From Promethearchaeota archaeon (GTDB lineage Archaea; Asgardarchaeota; Lokiarchaeia; Sigyniarchaeales; SOKP01): a stretch of DNA of 64,000 nt. Below the pieces are notes generated by a model. The model did no database searches, was not told the DNA's origin, and was given only the letters and a program-made list of their open reading frames with translations. The translations under genes were made by a program, and so were the position numbers. Of the stretch, positions 8,396 to 18,683 are shown piece after piece. The DNA lies in contig JAEOTP010000012.1 of assembly GCA_016839765.1 (NCBI GenBank), positions 96,001 to 160,000 on the forward strand, written 5' to 3'. Each line of letters opens with the position of its first letter. Position 1 is the first letter of the stretch.

Positions 8396-9202
8396 ATGAC
8401 AATACCGGAGAACTCATTACTTTCAAAAATTAAAAGATCTTCAGAAATATTAAGCATCCATAATTTGCTAATCTTTAACAGGTCAGGAATCTGTATTTAC
8501 GGAATAAGTTTTACAGATTTATTTAGATTAGAACAAGAGCAATTAATATCTTCCTACTTTACAGCCCTCATGTCCTTTACAAATGAATTGATAGGAGATA
8601 AAATAAAAACGTTAGAAATGGGAGGAGGTGTAAAACTTACTATTTTTGAAAAAAGTAACCTAATTTACGGTCTCTTATGCGATACAGATGAAAATTTAAT
8701 TATGCTTGAAAATATAATTTCAAAATTACATATAAAATTTATCAGGTACGTTAAAAAAAACCACGTAAAAACAGACTTGGAATACATATATGATGATGAT
8801 TTGGATTATCTTGTAAAAGAAATTATAAAAGAAATGTCTACTAAAGAATATGATTTAGAAAAAGAAGAGAAAGTAATAAAATATTTAAAAAGCATTAAAG
8901 CAAATGATCAACTTAATGATATAATCTTTTTAACAGATGGGGGCAAGATTCTCTATTCATCTGCGAGGAATAAAACTTCGCTAAGAAAAATATTAAAGGA
9001 AGTAGATTTCAGAATTAAAATTTGCAATAACTCAATTTTAAAATTGTTTTATACTTCTAAGGACAATGAACTTATCTTTTCTGAATACTTTAATGAAAAA
9101 TATTTAATAATATTAGTCTTCGATTCAAAGACTAAATTTGGTGTAGCTGAGTTTTACTTACATAAAATTGTAAGGAAGATTACAGAATTTTTAAAGGAAT
9201 AA
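8396..9202 (+). CDS. Tandem longin/roadblock-like domain protein (Asgard eukaryotic-signature-type)
   Basis: Domain 1 IHNLLIFNRSGICIY...LISSYFTALMSF is longin-like. Domain 2 LNDIIFLTDGGKILYSS...YLIILVFD...FGVAEFYL is profilin/roadblock-like. Confidence 0.6.
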   Translation: MTIPENSLLSKIKRSSEILSIHNLLIFNRSGICIYGISFTDLFRLEQEQLISSYFTALMSFTNELIGDKIKTLEMGGGVKLTIFEKSNLIYGLLCDTDENLIMLENIISKLHIKFIRYVKKNHVKTDLEYIYDDDLDYLVKEIIKEMSTKEYDLEKEEKVIKYLKSIKANDQLNDIIFLTDGGKILYSSARNKTSLRKILKEVDFRIKICNNSILKLFYTSKDNELIFSEYFNEKYLIILVFDSKTKFGVAEFYLHKIVRKITEFLKE

Positions 9203-9350
9203 GTTATTTTTTATTTCTTTTTAAGCCTAATCACCATTAATTTTTAAGTTTTTAATTAATTTCCAAAAATTTATGAATTATAAAAATGAACTTAAAATTA
9301 TATTTCCTCTAAACTTAAAATAATATTAAAATAGGATATTAAGAAAGAAT

Positions 9351-9854
9351 ATGACAAAATCAGAAGAAGGCTTAAAAGAAGCTTTTGCTGGAGAATCTCA
9401 AGCTAATAGGAAGTATCTAGCTTTTGCTAAAAAAGCAGAACAGGATGGATTTCCTGGAGTGGCACTACTGTTTAGAGCCGCGGCAGCTGCCGAAACTGTT
9501 CATGCTTATAATCATCTAAGAGCTTTGGGAGGGATTAACTCTACTATTGAAAATTTAAAAGAAGCGATTGGTGGAGAATTTTATGAGTTCACAAAAATGT
9601 ATCCAGAATTTATTGAAGATGCTAAGAGTGAAGGGATAAAAAATGCTGAGAGAACCTTTTCCTATGCTAATGAAGTAGAAAAAATACACCATAAATTATA
9701 TGAGAAAGCATTGAAATTAATTGAAGAGGGAAAAGATTTAGACGTTAAAGAGATGTATATATGTTCAGTATGTGGTTATACACACGAAGGAACTCCTCCT
9801 GATAAGTGTCCCGTTTGTGGCGCTGCCAAAAAAGCTTTTGAAAAAATTGAATAA
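9351..9854 (+). CDS. rbr: Rubrerythrin
   Basis: AFAGESQANRKY, AETVHA, EKIH diiron motifs and a C-terminal rubredoxin-like CSVCG...CPVCG. Confidence 0.95.
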   Translation: MTKSEEGLKEAFAGESQANRKYLAFAKKAEQDGFPGVALLFRAAAAAETVHAYNHLRALGGINSTIENLKEAIGGEFYEFTKMYPEFIEDAKSEGIKNAERTFSYANEVEKIHHKLYEKALKLIEEGKDLDVKEMYICSVCGYTHEGTPPDKCPVCGAAKKAFEKIE

Positions 9855-9868
9855 TTTTTTTATTTTTT

Positions 9869-11455
9869 TTAAATCTTCCAGGGTTTATAGCCTGAATGAA
9901 CCTTTATTAGATAATTATCTATAGAAATACCTAGCTCCTTTTCTGCTCTTCTTAAGGCTCCAAAATTTCCTCCATGTAAGTAATATTTAATTAATAGTCC
10001 AGATATGGTCTGATCTCCTAAAGAAAAGATTGTTTGCATTCTTGCGTTCTTAACAATTTCTTTTGGGTTTTGAAATTTTAGTTTAACCGCTGGTATTTTT
10101 TTTAATGCTTTTTCTAATATTTGGAACTTAGATATTAAGAGTTTCAGATTGCTACTTAAATAAAAATTAATTTTGTTTTCATAGGGTGTATTAAATTTGG
10201 GTACAAATGGGTTGATATTAACTTTTAGTGAATTAGTCTCAAAACCAATATCAGAGATCTGAGTTAATAGATTAATGATTTGCTCTATATCTTCGTCTCT
10301 CTCATCAGGTAATCCAATTAAAAAATAGAATTTTACATTTCTGATTTTTGAGTCTTTGATCTGTTCCAAAACTTCCATAATCTTCTCATTTGAAATTCTT
10401 TTCCCTAAGGAATATCGTAAAGTTTCAGTACCTGCTTCAGGTGCTATAGTTATTGATTTGATATTAGCTCTTTCAAGGACTTTAATTATTTTTGGAGTCA
10501 AATGATCTATTCTAATTGAGGGAATACTTAGTTTTTTACCTTGATTCACAATATAATCACAAATTTCATAAAATTTAGGATGAGATGATACACAAGAGCC
10601 AATTAGAGATATTTTTTCAAATTGCGTTTTTATAATTGCTTCTTCAATTGTCTTTCGAATGTTTTCATAACTTCTATTTCGAAAAGGAGAATTATGAAAT
10701 GAAGATATGCAGAATTTACATTGAAATGGACATCCTCTATTGATTTCAATAAAAAAGTTTTCTTCAAAAATTTTTTTAGTAGTTATTGCCTTGGAAATTA
10801 ATTGAAAAATAGGAATAGGAGACTTGTCGATATTTTCTAGTATTGCTCTTTTTGTTTCATTTTTTAAACTTGGAATATAGATCCCATTTATCAACTTTGA
10901 TTGTTGAAGGAGCTCTTGAAAATTAATTTTACCCGTTTTAAACTTCAAAAATGTAGCTAAAAAAAGATTAAGATTTGGTTCACAATCCCCAATGAAAAAT
11001 AGATCGAAAATATCATTAAGAAGTAATGGATTTGAGGTAATCACATGACCACCCCCTATAATTAGTGGATATTTGAATCCTTCTTTCAAATTTGTTTCCC
11101 TACGTTTTTGTGAATAAAGAGGGATACCTGATTTTTCTATAATCCATAGAATATTTCTAAAATCATTTTCATAGTGAATAGAAAATCCTAATATATCAAA
11201 ATCGATAGGAGATATTTTATTTTCAATACTCCTTACACTATCATCAGAAGTATGGTTTACTAAGGCAGGAAACCGTATCCTTCTGGGAAGAAATATTCTT
11301 TCACATACATAGTTTTCATTAGAATTAATAAGATAATAAAGTAGCCTTATAGTATATGAAGAGATCCCCAATTCATAATAATTTGGATATACTAAACCAA
11401 AAGATAAGTCAATTTTTCTCCAGTCTTTTTTAATTACACTAATTTCATTCATCAA
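9869..11455 (-). CDS. Radical SAM protein (YgiQ/TIGR03960-like, B12-binding-type N-terminus)
   Basis: YPNYYELGISS, DILGFSIHYE, EINRGCPFQCKFC (CxxxCxxC), TIAPEAG, YFLIGLP, FVPKFNTP. Confidence 0.85.
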   Translation of the reverse strand: MMNEISVIKKDWRKIDLSFGLVYPNYYELGISSYTIRLLYYLINSNENYVCERIFLPRRIRFPALVNHTSDDSVRSIENKISPIDFDILGFSIHYENDFRNILWIIEKSGIPLYSQKRRETNLKEGFKYPLIIGGGHVITSNPLLLNDIFDLFFIGDCEPNLNLFLATFLKFKTGKINFQELLQQSKLINGIYIPSLKNETKRAILENIDKSPIPIFQLISKAITTKKIFEENFFIEINRGCPFQCKFCISSFHNSPFRNRSYENIRKTIEEAIIKTQFEKISLIGSCVSSHPKFYEICDYIVNQGKKLSIPSIRIDHLTPKIIKVLERANIKSITIAPEAGTETLRYSLGKRISNEKIMEVLEQIKDSKIRNVKFYFLIGLPDERDEDIEQIINLLTQISDIGFETNSLKVNINPFVPKFNTPYENKINFYLSSNLKLLISKFQILEKALKKIPAVKLKFQNPKEIVKNARMQTIFSLGDQTISGLLIKYYLHGGNFGALRRAEKELGISIDNYLIKVHSGYKPWKI

Positions 11456-11487
11456 AAAATTCCAAAATCTCTAAAAAATATAAAAAT

Positions 11488-12288
11488 TTAATTATTACCA
11501 TCCTGTTCTTGTTGCATATTCTTAATTTTTTCAACAATTAAAGGTAAAACTATTCCCGTCTTATGACGAATTACAACTTCAGCACGTTTATCTAAATGTG
11601 TTGGTTGATCGTTAACTATAATTAATTTGCCACCATCTCTTAAAGTGTATAAAGGTAAATCACATATAGGTGCTACTTCTAATGATGATCCTGCAATTAA
11701 CATTATATCCGCTTTCTGTGCCAATGCTCGTGATTGATATATTTCAAAAGTCGGCAAACCTTCTCCAAATAATACAACTGAGGGTTTTAAAGGTGCTGAA
11801 CAAAAATCACATAACGGACCCCCTTTTTTTTCCTTTTTCAACTTTCGCATAATCTGGTCTTTTGTATAAGAAGATTTACATCCTAAGCAATTAAATCGAT
11901 TTATGTTTCCATGGACCTCATATACTATAATTGAGCCTGCTTTTTGGTGAAGCTCATCAACATTTTGAGTAATAACTGCTTTAAGAATATCCATTTTTTC
12001 TAATTCTGCTAGAGCATAATGACCCGGGTTTGGTTTTGCTTTAAAAAGGTTTGGGGCAATTTCTTGAGCTAGTTCCCAGAATTTTGCTGGATTCTTTAAA
12101 AATGCTTGGATGTTACCATAAATTTCAGGTTTATATTTTTCCCAAATGCCGCCATCTCCACGGAAATCTGGAATTCCAGATTCTGTTGAAACTCCTGCTC
12201 CAGTTAATACGATTGCCTCTTTTGAATTATATAATAATTCAGCAGCTCTTCGAATTTTTGTCTTTTCTTCTAATTTAACAATCTTCAT
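11488..12288 (-). CDS. cobB: Sir2-family NAD-dependent protein deacylase
   Basis: TGAGVSTESGIPDFRG, ITQNVDELHQKAG, EVHGN, Zn-binding CLGC/CDFC, KPSVVLFGE, GSSLEV. Confidence 0.93.
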   Translation of the reverse strand: MKIVKLEEKTKIRRAAELLYNSKEAIVLTGAGVSTESGIPDFRGDGGIWEKYKPEIYGNIQAFLKNPAKFWELAQEIAPNLFKAKPNPGHYALAELEKMDILKAVITQNVDELHQKAGSIIVYEVHGNINRFNCLGCKSSYTKDQIMRKLKKEKKGGPLCDFCSAPLKPSVVLFGEGLPTFEIYQSRALAQKADIMLIAGSSLEVAPICDLPLYTLRDGGKLIIVNDQPTHLDKRAEVVIRHKTGIVLPLIVEKIKNMQQEQDGNN

Positions 12289-12562
12289 TACCTAAATCAG
12301 CCACTTCATCAGATTAATTACTATTTATTCTGCAGACTTTTGTTTCTATTAAGAAATCTCCTTAGATCATCTCTAAATGGATGAATTATTTTATATTTAT
12401 ATTATGAATTATTAAAATTTATTTATTATAAGATATTTTAAAAATTTTCAGAAAAAACTACTTAAATATTTAAAATTTAATCTTGAGATCATTTGTTATC
12501 TCAATATCATAAAAAATTAAAATTTTGAATAATTTTAAATTTATGTAGATATACGATCATAA

Positions 12563-13480
12563 TTGAAAAACTATTACTTCAAGATTTTACTCATGATAAC
12601 TGGTTTTGCTATTATTTTAGATGACGAAATTCTCTACATTTCAAATGAAAATAAATTTCTGATGTTTGAAATAGTATTATTTATAGAAAAATTAATTCGT
12701 AGTATAAATCCTAATAATGGTTGGCGTTTGAAAAATATCTTTTTTGAAGGTAAATCTGGCAGAGAAAGTATGATAATCAGGCATGTTGTTACTGAAGATC
12801 TTCAAAATCTTTATTATTGTATAACAGGTGATTTTCTATCAAATTCTGAAGAAGCAGATAACCTGTTAAAAGAATTTTATGAAAAGGTTAATGCAAATTA
12901 TGATGACTTAAATAAATTTGGGGAATATTCAAAAAAATCTGAATTTTCTAAGGTTATTAGATTAATTACTGGATATTTGTGGGATAAATATCATTACCCA
13001 CTAGAAGATGAGGAAATTAAATATACGTATGCCCAAATAGAGAATAAAATTATTTATTGTGGAATTTCTGCCCAAGGATTACCAATTATCTCTCAATTGT
13101 ATGATACATCACTATTAAATGACCTTAAGCGAGAGATTACTAATGAAAATATCGAAATATTTAGTTCAAATTTATCAGCAAGATTAGCTACAATAGCAAT
13201 GAATACTCAAATCCGAGCACAGATGAGTATCAAAGAAATTCAGTTTGATGATTTATTAGAGAATACAAGTAAAAAATTGATATTATTTGGAGATCTCAAT
13301 GGTTATTCTCTTGATTTTGTGGCATCGGGTGATTTTAATAGAATTAAAGAGATATTTAAGCAACTAGTAGAAAGAGTTTCACAAGAAGAGATATTAAAGC
13401 AAGAGTTTTCGGGGGATTTAAAACCATATCGTTCATTGAAAACTTACTTAAATGAAATTATCCAAGAATTTGATCAATAA
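12563..13480 (+). CDS. Tandem longin-like domain protein (start probably ATG at 12593)
   Basis: Two beta-beta-alpha-beta-beta-beta-alpha units: MITGFAIILDDEILY...LYYCITGDF and IIYCGISAQGLPIISQLY...YSLDFVASGDF. The fold call is by pattern only. Confidence 0.5.
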   Translation: MKNYYFKILLMITGFAIILDDEILYISNENKFLMFEIVLFIEKLIRSINPNNGWRLKNIFFEGKSGRESMIIRHVVTEDLQNLYYCITGDFLSNSEEADNLLKEFYEKVNANYDDLNKFGEYSKKSEFSKVIRLITGYLWDKYHYPLEDEEIKYTYAQIENKIIYCGISAQGLPIISQLYDTSLLNDLKREITNENIEIFSSNLSARLATIAMNTQIRAQMSIKEIQFDDLLENTSKKLILFGDLNGYSLDFVASGDFNRIKEIFKQLVERVSQEEILKQEFSGDLKPYRSLKTYLNEIIQEFDQ

Positions 13481-13511
13481 TTTCTAATAATATGCTCATT
13501 TCTAAATATTT

Positions 13512-14810
13512 ATGAAAGCTGTTATTCTAGCAGCTGGAAAAGGAAAGCGATTAAGGCCTATCACAGCCACTAGACCAAAGCCTCTAATTCCTATAGCTGG
13601 AAAACCCTTAATGGAGTACACTATTTTAGGTTTAATTGATGCGGGAATTGATGAGCTATTATTAGTTGTAGGATATAAGGAAGAAATGATTAAGGCCTAC
13701 TTTGGGGGATATGAAGAAAATTTTGATATTAAAATTAATTATCGTACTCAAGAAGAATATTTAGGAACGGCTCATGCCACTGGATATGCTAAGGATTTTG
13801 TTAGAGACGATGATTTTCTACTTATTTATGGTGATTTATTAGTTGATCCAAAAATATTTAAAGAGTTAATTCAAAAATTTAAAACAACACCCTGTGAAGG
13901 ATTAATTTCCTTAATTGAGGTTAATATTCCACATAACTATGGAATAATATCACTTGATTCAAATGGATTTGTAGAAAAAATTACTGAGAAGCCTTCTCCC
14001 GATTTAAATTTAGGCAACCTCGCAAATGCAGGAATATATTTATTTAAATCTAAAATTTTTAAAGCGATCGAGAAAACTAATAAATCAATCAGAGGAGAGT
14101 ATGAATTTACTGATTCCATGGAAATTCTACTTAATCAAATGGCTGGAAGGATTTATGGTTATAATATCAACAATTTTTATTGGAATGATATTGGCTTACC
14201 ATGGCAGCTTTTAGATGCAAACAAATACATTTTAGATAATCAAAAGGGTAAATTATTAGGAAAAGTTGAAAAAAATGCTTTTATTTCAGGAGAAATATAT
14301 ATAGGAGAAGCAACGATTATAAAATCCGGAACCTATATTCAAGGACCTTGTTATATTGGTAAAAATTGTTTAATTGGTCCAAATGCTTTTATTCGACCAT
14401 ATACTTCAATTGGAGATAATTGTCATATAGGAATGTCTGAAACGAAGAACTCACTTATTTTTTCAAATACTGCAGTTCCACATTTCAATTACATAGGAGA
14501 TAGTATTGTTTGCGAGAATGTTAATCTCGGGGCGGGTACAAAATTATCAAACTTACGTTTTGATAATTGTAATATAGAAATGAACATAGATGGAAAACTA
14601 ATTGATTCAGGGCAAAGAAAGTTAGGAGCAATTATTGGACCTAAATCTCAAACTGGAATCAATGCCAGTATAATGTGTGGAAAAATTGTAGGGGAAAATT
14701 CAGTTATCGGTGCCCATACATTAGTAAATGAAGATATTCCCCCAAATACTCTCTATTATCAAGATTCTGATGGAAAGATTATAAAAAAACCAAATACTTT
14801 CTTAAATTAG
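13512..14810 (+). CDS. glmU: Bifunctional sugar-1-phosphate nucleotidyltransferase/acetyltransferase (archaeal GlmU type)
   Basis: AVILAAGKGKRLRPIT..RPKPL, LGTAHA, EKP, NAGIY, RGEYEFTD, followed by a hexapeptide left-handed beta-helix (PHFNYIGDS, NLGAGT). Confidence 0.88.
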   Translation: MKAVILAAGKGKRLRPITATRPKPLIPIAGKPLMEYTILGLIDAGIDELLLVVGYKEEMIKAYFGGYEENFDIKINYRTQEEYLGTAHATGYAKDFVRDDDFLLIYGDLLVDPKIFKELIQKFKTTPCEGLISLIEVNIPHNYGIISLDSNGFVEKITEKPSPDLNLGNLANAGIYLFKSKIFKAIEKTNKSIRGEYEFTDSMEILLNQMAGRIYGYNINNFYWNDIGLPWQLLDANKYILDNQKGKLLGKVEKNAFISGEIYIGEATIIKSGTYIQGPCYIGKNCLIGPNAFIRPYTSIGDNCHIGMSETKNSLIFSNTAVPHFNYIGDSIVCENVNLGAGTKLSNLRFDNCNIEMNIDGKLIDSGQRKLGAIIGPKSQTGINASIMCGKIVGENSVIGAHTLVNEDIPPNTLYYQDSDGKIIKKPNTFLN

Positions 14811-14824
14811 AAATTTAATAACTT

Positions 14825-16552
14825 TTAATCTTTGCTTAATGTTCTTTTTTTAAATTCACGTAGTAATTTAGAGAATTTAAGTGGTTTTTCTATATGATTT
14901 AATTCTCGAAGTGCTTGTTCCTGATATGCGATAAAAAGTTCATTCGAAAATCCTTCCCAGTCTTTACAAATCTCTAATGTTTTTTCATCATTTTTCAATA
15001 GACTCTCATGAGATATTATTCTTAAGAATTCACTTGCATATTCTTCTATTAAATCATTATTAGCTCCCTGTAGCAAATCTCTAATAAAGTCGTCAGGAGG
15101 GTACCAGTCTATTACTCTCTGAAAATCTCGATGTATTTGAGTTAACAATACATTACGTGGGCCTTCCCATAATTCTTGAACAAAAGCATCACGCACAAAA
15201 CGTGGGAAGCATAAAAAATCTTCCATTACCCCATGACCGCCAAAAAAAGATATTGCCATTCTTATCATTTTAGGACATTCATCTGCTACTACTATTTTTT
15301 GAAGCATTATTAGTTCACGTAATCTATATCGACGTTTTCTTTCCTCAAGATCCTCAATTTTTTGTAAATCCCTTATGCCACTAATTAATTCTTCTTTAAA
15401 GTGTATAAATTCTGAAAAAACTTTAAAAGCTCCCACTGCAGTTCTCTTGGCAAAATGATCTAATTCGTTAATTTGATTTATCATCATAGGGAAAGATGAA
15501 ACTGATATGCCAAATGCAGTTCTAAATTTTGCATATAATATCGCTTCTCTAACTACTCTTAAAGCTCCAGCTGCCATGCCAAATGCAACATGTAATCTAG
15601 ATAAAGAAAGTACTATTCCCACCACATTAGCCAAACCTTTCTCAAGTGGACCAACAGGATAGGCAACTGCTCCATTGTAGGTGATTTCAGCTGTTGGTAG
15701 TTCAGCAGTTCCTAATTTTGGTTTTAGGCGATCTATTGTATATGAGTTTCTAATTTCTCTTTCCTTATTATCTGGAAGCCATGCTGGCACCACAAATGCT
15801 GCTACCCTGGTTGATGAAGGAGAATCCTTAGGTTTAGCTGTAACAAGTGCATAATCTGTGTGGACTGCTGAACAAAAGAACTTTTGACCATAAAGTCTCC
15901 ATACATTTGATATACTATCTGGATCATCTTCTTTTTCAAATACTGCTTCAACAAGATTGGCAGGTACATCACTTCCCCCCTGTATCTCACTGACAAACTG
16001 AGAACCTCTAGCATATTCTCCATTTTTCCCATCTCTTAAATAATTAAGTATGTCGAAGGCTTTAGGAGATAATTCATTTTCATATTTCTGTAAAAGCCAT
16101 ATAAGACCATGAGTACAAGCTACTGGACACATCACACCAGCTTCTCCATTTTCATATAATAAAAACATTTTCATAAATCTACTCCATGCTGTATTTCTAT
16201 TTGGATCCCAGAGTCCAAGGCTAAAAACTTCACGTTCTAGGGTTTCTGTTTCCCAACAACGTTCGATTCTGTCAATTCGATGATTATGTGCATCATAATG
16301 TTTAATTTTAGTAACTTTAATTCTATTTTCTAGTTCGGTTGATTTATCAGCAAGATCCTTCCATTTATACGAAACATAATCGGATAAAGCAGAAAGGTCA
16401 CGATTGATTATCTCATATTGATCAGGAGGACAATAATGTCTGACTAAAACTTGAAGAAATTCATCATCTCGATAATAATTAAAATTATCTCTTACATATA
16501 GATAATCATCAAAGGAATATGGATTATTTCTGTTGCCTTCTTCATTAGACAC
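14825..16552 (-). CDS. Acyl-CoA dehydrogenase family protein (AidB-like)
   Basis: EAGVMCPVACT, QFVSEIQGGSDV, WRLYGQKFFCS, RLKPKLGT..LPTAEI, FFGGHGVMEDF, LWEGPRNV. GTG start. Confidence 0.88.
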   Translation of the reverse strand: MSNEEGNRNNPYSFDDYLYVRDNFNYYRDDEFLQVLVRHYCPPDQYEIINRDLSALSDYVSYKWKDLADKSTELENRIKVTKIKHYDAHNHRIDRIERCWETETLEREVFSLGLWDPNRNTAWSRFMKMFLLYENGEAGVMCPVACTHGLIWLLQKYENELSPKAFDILNYLRDGKNGEYARGSQFVSEIQGGSDVPANLVEAVFEKEDDPDSISNVWRLYGQKFFCSAVHTDYALVTAKPKDSPSSTRVAAFVVPAWLPDNKEREIRNSYTIDRLKPKLGTAELPTAEITYNGAVAYPVGPLEKGLANVVGIVLSLSRLHVAFGMAAGALRVVREAILYAKFRTAFGISVSSFPMMINQINELDHFAKRTAVGAFKVFSEFIHFKEELISGIRDLQKIEDLEERKRRYRLRELIMLQKIVVADECPKMIRMAISFFGGHGVMEDFLCFPRFVRDAFVQELWEGPRNVLLTQIHRDFQRVIDWYPPDDFIRDLLQGANNDLIEEYASEFLRIISHESLLKNDEKTLEICKDWEGFSNELFIAYQEQALRELNHIEKPLKFSKLLREFKKRTLSKD

Positions 16553-16707
16553 GTTAATAACCTTATATTAAAATTATTTTGAATAACGTTATTAATCAAT
16601 TAATTTCTTTATTTTATAAAATTAATGTAATTCAAAAAGTAGAATTCTTCTAAATAAAAAATTCATAAAAAAAAAATAGCTTTATACTAAATTCTAAAAA
16701 ATTATTA

Positions 16708-17484
16708 TTAGTCCTTTTTATTTGAACTATCACTCTCAGAATCTTTAGAAGCTTTTGCGTGGGCGTATTTTTTAACATTAATCCTTTCAGTTCTTCTAAT
16801 CTCACTTTTTCGCGAACGTTTTACTTCAACTTCAACAATATCAAAATCCTCTTCTTTAGGAATGTATAATTTATCTTCACCACCTTCAGGTATAGATAAT
16901 ATTTTACTCTTAACTATCGTACAATTAGATAATGGATAGATGGTTTTGGCAACTCTAGTAATTTGATTTTCAAATTCATGATAAATAATTCCATTAGAGA
17001 ACTTCTCATGGTTCAGATTTTTAGCAAATTCTTTAAGAATTTCCGAGATGATTTTTCTAATAATTACTTGCTGAGAACTTCTTGCTCTTCTTATTGTGGT
17101 ACATATGGTGGTAAGCCGGAAAGTCCATTTATCTTTTGTAGTTAGGTTTAGAATTACTTGAACTTTTGAACTTCCTCTCCCGATTAATGACCGTATATAA
17201 TCATTTGTATACTGATGACCCCAAAAAATGCTATTACATGTACTTCCTTCTGGATTCAAATCTACGATTTTAAATCTTAACTTTAAACTTATATCTGTAT
17301 AATCATTGGTGATATCATATAGTAGAATTTCAACTGTTCTTCCTAATATATTATTTTGGAATCCAATAACTTCCCCAATCTCTCTAAAATTGAAACTCTT
17401 TGGAGCTATTACAGTGAACCAATTCTTATCTTTGAAAGAAATTTTTTTAGTTTTAGGTTTCCTTTTTCTAGTTTTCTGACTCAT
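16708..17484 (-). CDS. rps3ae: 30S ribosomal protein S3ae (eS1)
   Basis: KDKNWFTVIAPKSF, GRTVEILLYDIT, NDYIRSLIGRGSSKV, IYPL. Long charged C-terminal tail. Confidence 0.93.
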   Translation of the reverse strand: MSQKTRKRKPKTKKISFKDKNWFTVIAPKSFNFREIGEVIGFQNNILGRTVEILLYDITNDYTDISLKLRFKIVDLNPEGSTCNSIFWGHQYTNDYIRSLIGRGSSKVQVILNLTTKDKWTFRLTTICTTIRRARSSQQVIIRKIISEILKEFAKNLNHEKFSNGIIYHEFENQITRVAKTIYPLSNCTIVKSKILSIPEGGEDKLYIPKEEDFDIVEVEVKRSRKSEIRRTERINVKKYAHAKASKDSESDSSNKKD

Positions 17485-17491
17485 TGTAAGA

Positions 17492-17950
17492 TTACCTCAT
17501 CACTATTGTTCTTATCTTTTCTGGATCGTATTTAAAGTCTGGTTCGAGTTCTCCCTTCTTTTTGTAATATTTGATTAGTCTATAAACTTTTGATTCAGTT
17601 CTATTAAGACCCTTTTTAGCTTCTAAATCTTTATGATTCGCTTCTAGGTGTTTTCTGATAGTTAATGCTTTTTTAACCAAATTTGATAAATCTTCAGGTA
17701 ATGGTGCTTCAATTTCATTTTCTTCAAGAATTTGGCTAATTGATTTACCAGTAACGACTTTTACCAATGGAACACCATAAGAATCTCGAAGAGTGGTACC
17801 TATTCTAGATTTAGAAATGCCTTTTCTAGCTAATTTTACCACTTCACTTTCTACTTCTTCTCCGCTAAGTTCCACCCAAACAGGCTTTTCCAGTCTTGCC
17901 GGGCGTTTTGAACCAGATCTTCCTCTCTTTCTACTATGCATTCGAGCCAT
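17492..17950 (-). CDS. rps15: 30S ribosomal protein S15 (uS15, archaeal/eukaryotic S13e type)
   Basis: MARMHSRKRGRSGSKRP, IGTTLRDSYGVP, LPEDLSNL, ESKVYRLIKYYK. Confidence 0.96.
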   Translation of the reverse strand: MARMHSRKRGRSGSKRPARLEKPVWVELSGEEVESEVVKLARKGISKSRIGTTLRDSYGVPLVKVVTGKSISQILEENEIEAPLPEDLSNLVKKALTIRKHLEANHKDLEAKKGLNRTESKVYRLIKYYKKKGELEPDFKYDPEKIRTIVMR

Positions 17951-18090
17951 GATATCACAGCAATATTCTGTTGATCATAAATTAGATATAAATTTAAATG
18001 AACTCTCCAAAATAAAATTTTGGAATTTAAATTTAATATTAGAGGAAATTAGAACTATATCTAAATAAACCTTAGAGAATTATAGCAATT

Positions 18091-18675
18091 ATGAAAAACG
18101 AGGAAGATGTAATTTATTTTATTACAACAAATAAATATAAATTTAATGAAATAAAAAAGTTGTTTGAAAATGAGAAAATCCCTTATCAACTAAAACAGCT
18201 AAATCTTGAAACCATTGAGATACAAACAGAATCAGTAAAAGAAAATGCTTCTTTTAAATTAAATAATGCAAAATCAAAAGTTAATTGCTCTTGTTTTGTA
18301 GAAGATGCAGGATTTTTTGTCGATGATCCTCTTAATGGATTTCCTGGATTGTATTCCTCTTATGTATTTAAAACTATAGGAAATGAGGGGATTTTACGAT
18401 TAATTAATAATTTTAAACAGTCTAAAGCTCATTTTATTGCGATTATTGCCTTATTTTTCAAGCCTTTAAATAAAGATTTCCTTTTTGAGGGAAGAGTAGA
18501 GGGAAGAGTATCAGAGAGAATAAAGGGCTCCAGAGGATTTGGATTTGATCCTATTTTCATCCCCAATAAAATTCACAATAAGACATTTGCAGAACTAAAA
18601 ATAGAAGAAAAGAATAAAATTTCCCATAGAGGGAAAGCTTGGAAAGAAATGATTAAATTCCTTAAAAAAAATTGA
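18091..18675 (+). CDS. rdgB: Non-canonical purine NTP pyrophosphatase (RdgB/HAM1)
   Basis: FITTNKYK, VEDAGFF, LNGFPGLYS, GFGFDPIF, TFAEL, KNKISHRGKA. Confidence 0.93.
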   Translation: MKNEEDVIYFITTNKYKFNEIKKLFENEKIPYQLKQLNLETIEIQTESVKENASFKLNNAKSKVNCSCFVEDAGFFVDDPLNGFPGLYSSYVFKTIGNEGILRLINNFKQSKAHFIAIIALFFKPLNKDFLFEGRVEGRVSERIKGSRGFGFDPIFIPNKIHNKTFAELKIEEKNKISHRGKAWKEMIKFLKKN

Positions 18676-18683
18676 AAAACATA

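Noticed and set aside
11488-12288. Sirtuin as an anti-phage NADase (Thoeris/DSR-type)
   Set aside because: It is a stand-alone, Zn-binding CobB-type deacylase with canonical motifs in a housekeeping context.
17793-18068. 91-aa plus-strand ORF, and the other short ORFs antisense to or nested in long genes (e.g. 669-998, 20533-20940, 25075-25392, 42742-43194, 56466-56765, 60440-60721, 61778-62098)
   Set aside because: They are shadows of well-supported genes with no motifs. The similarity between 56466-56765 and 60440-60721 simply mirrors the paralogous sense genes.
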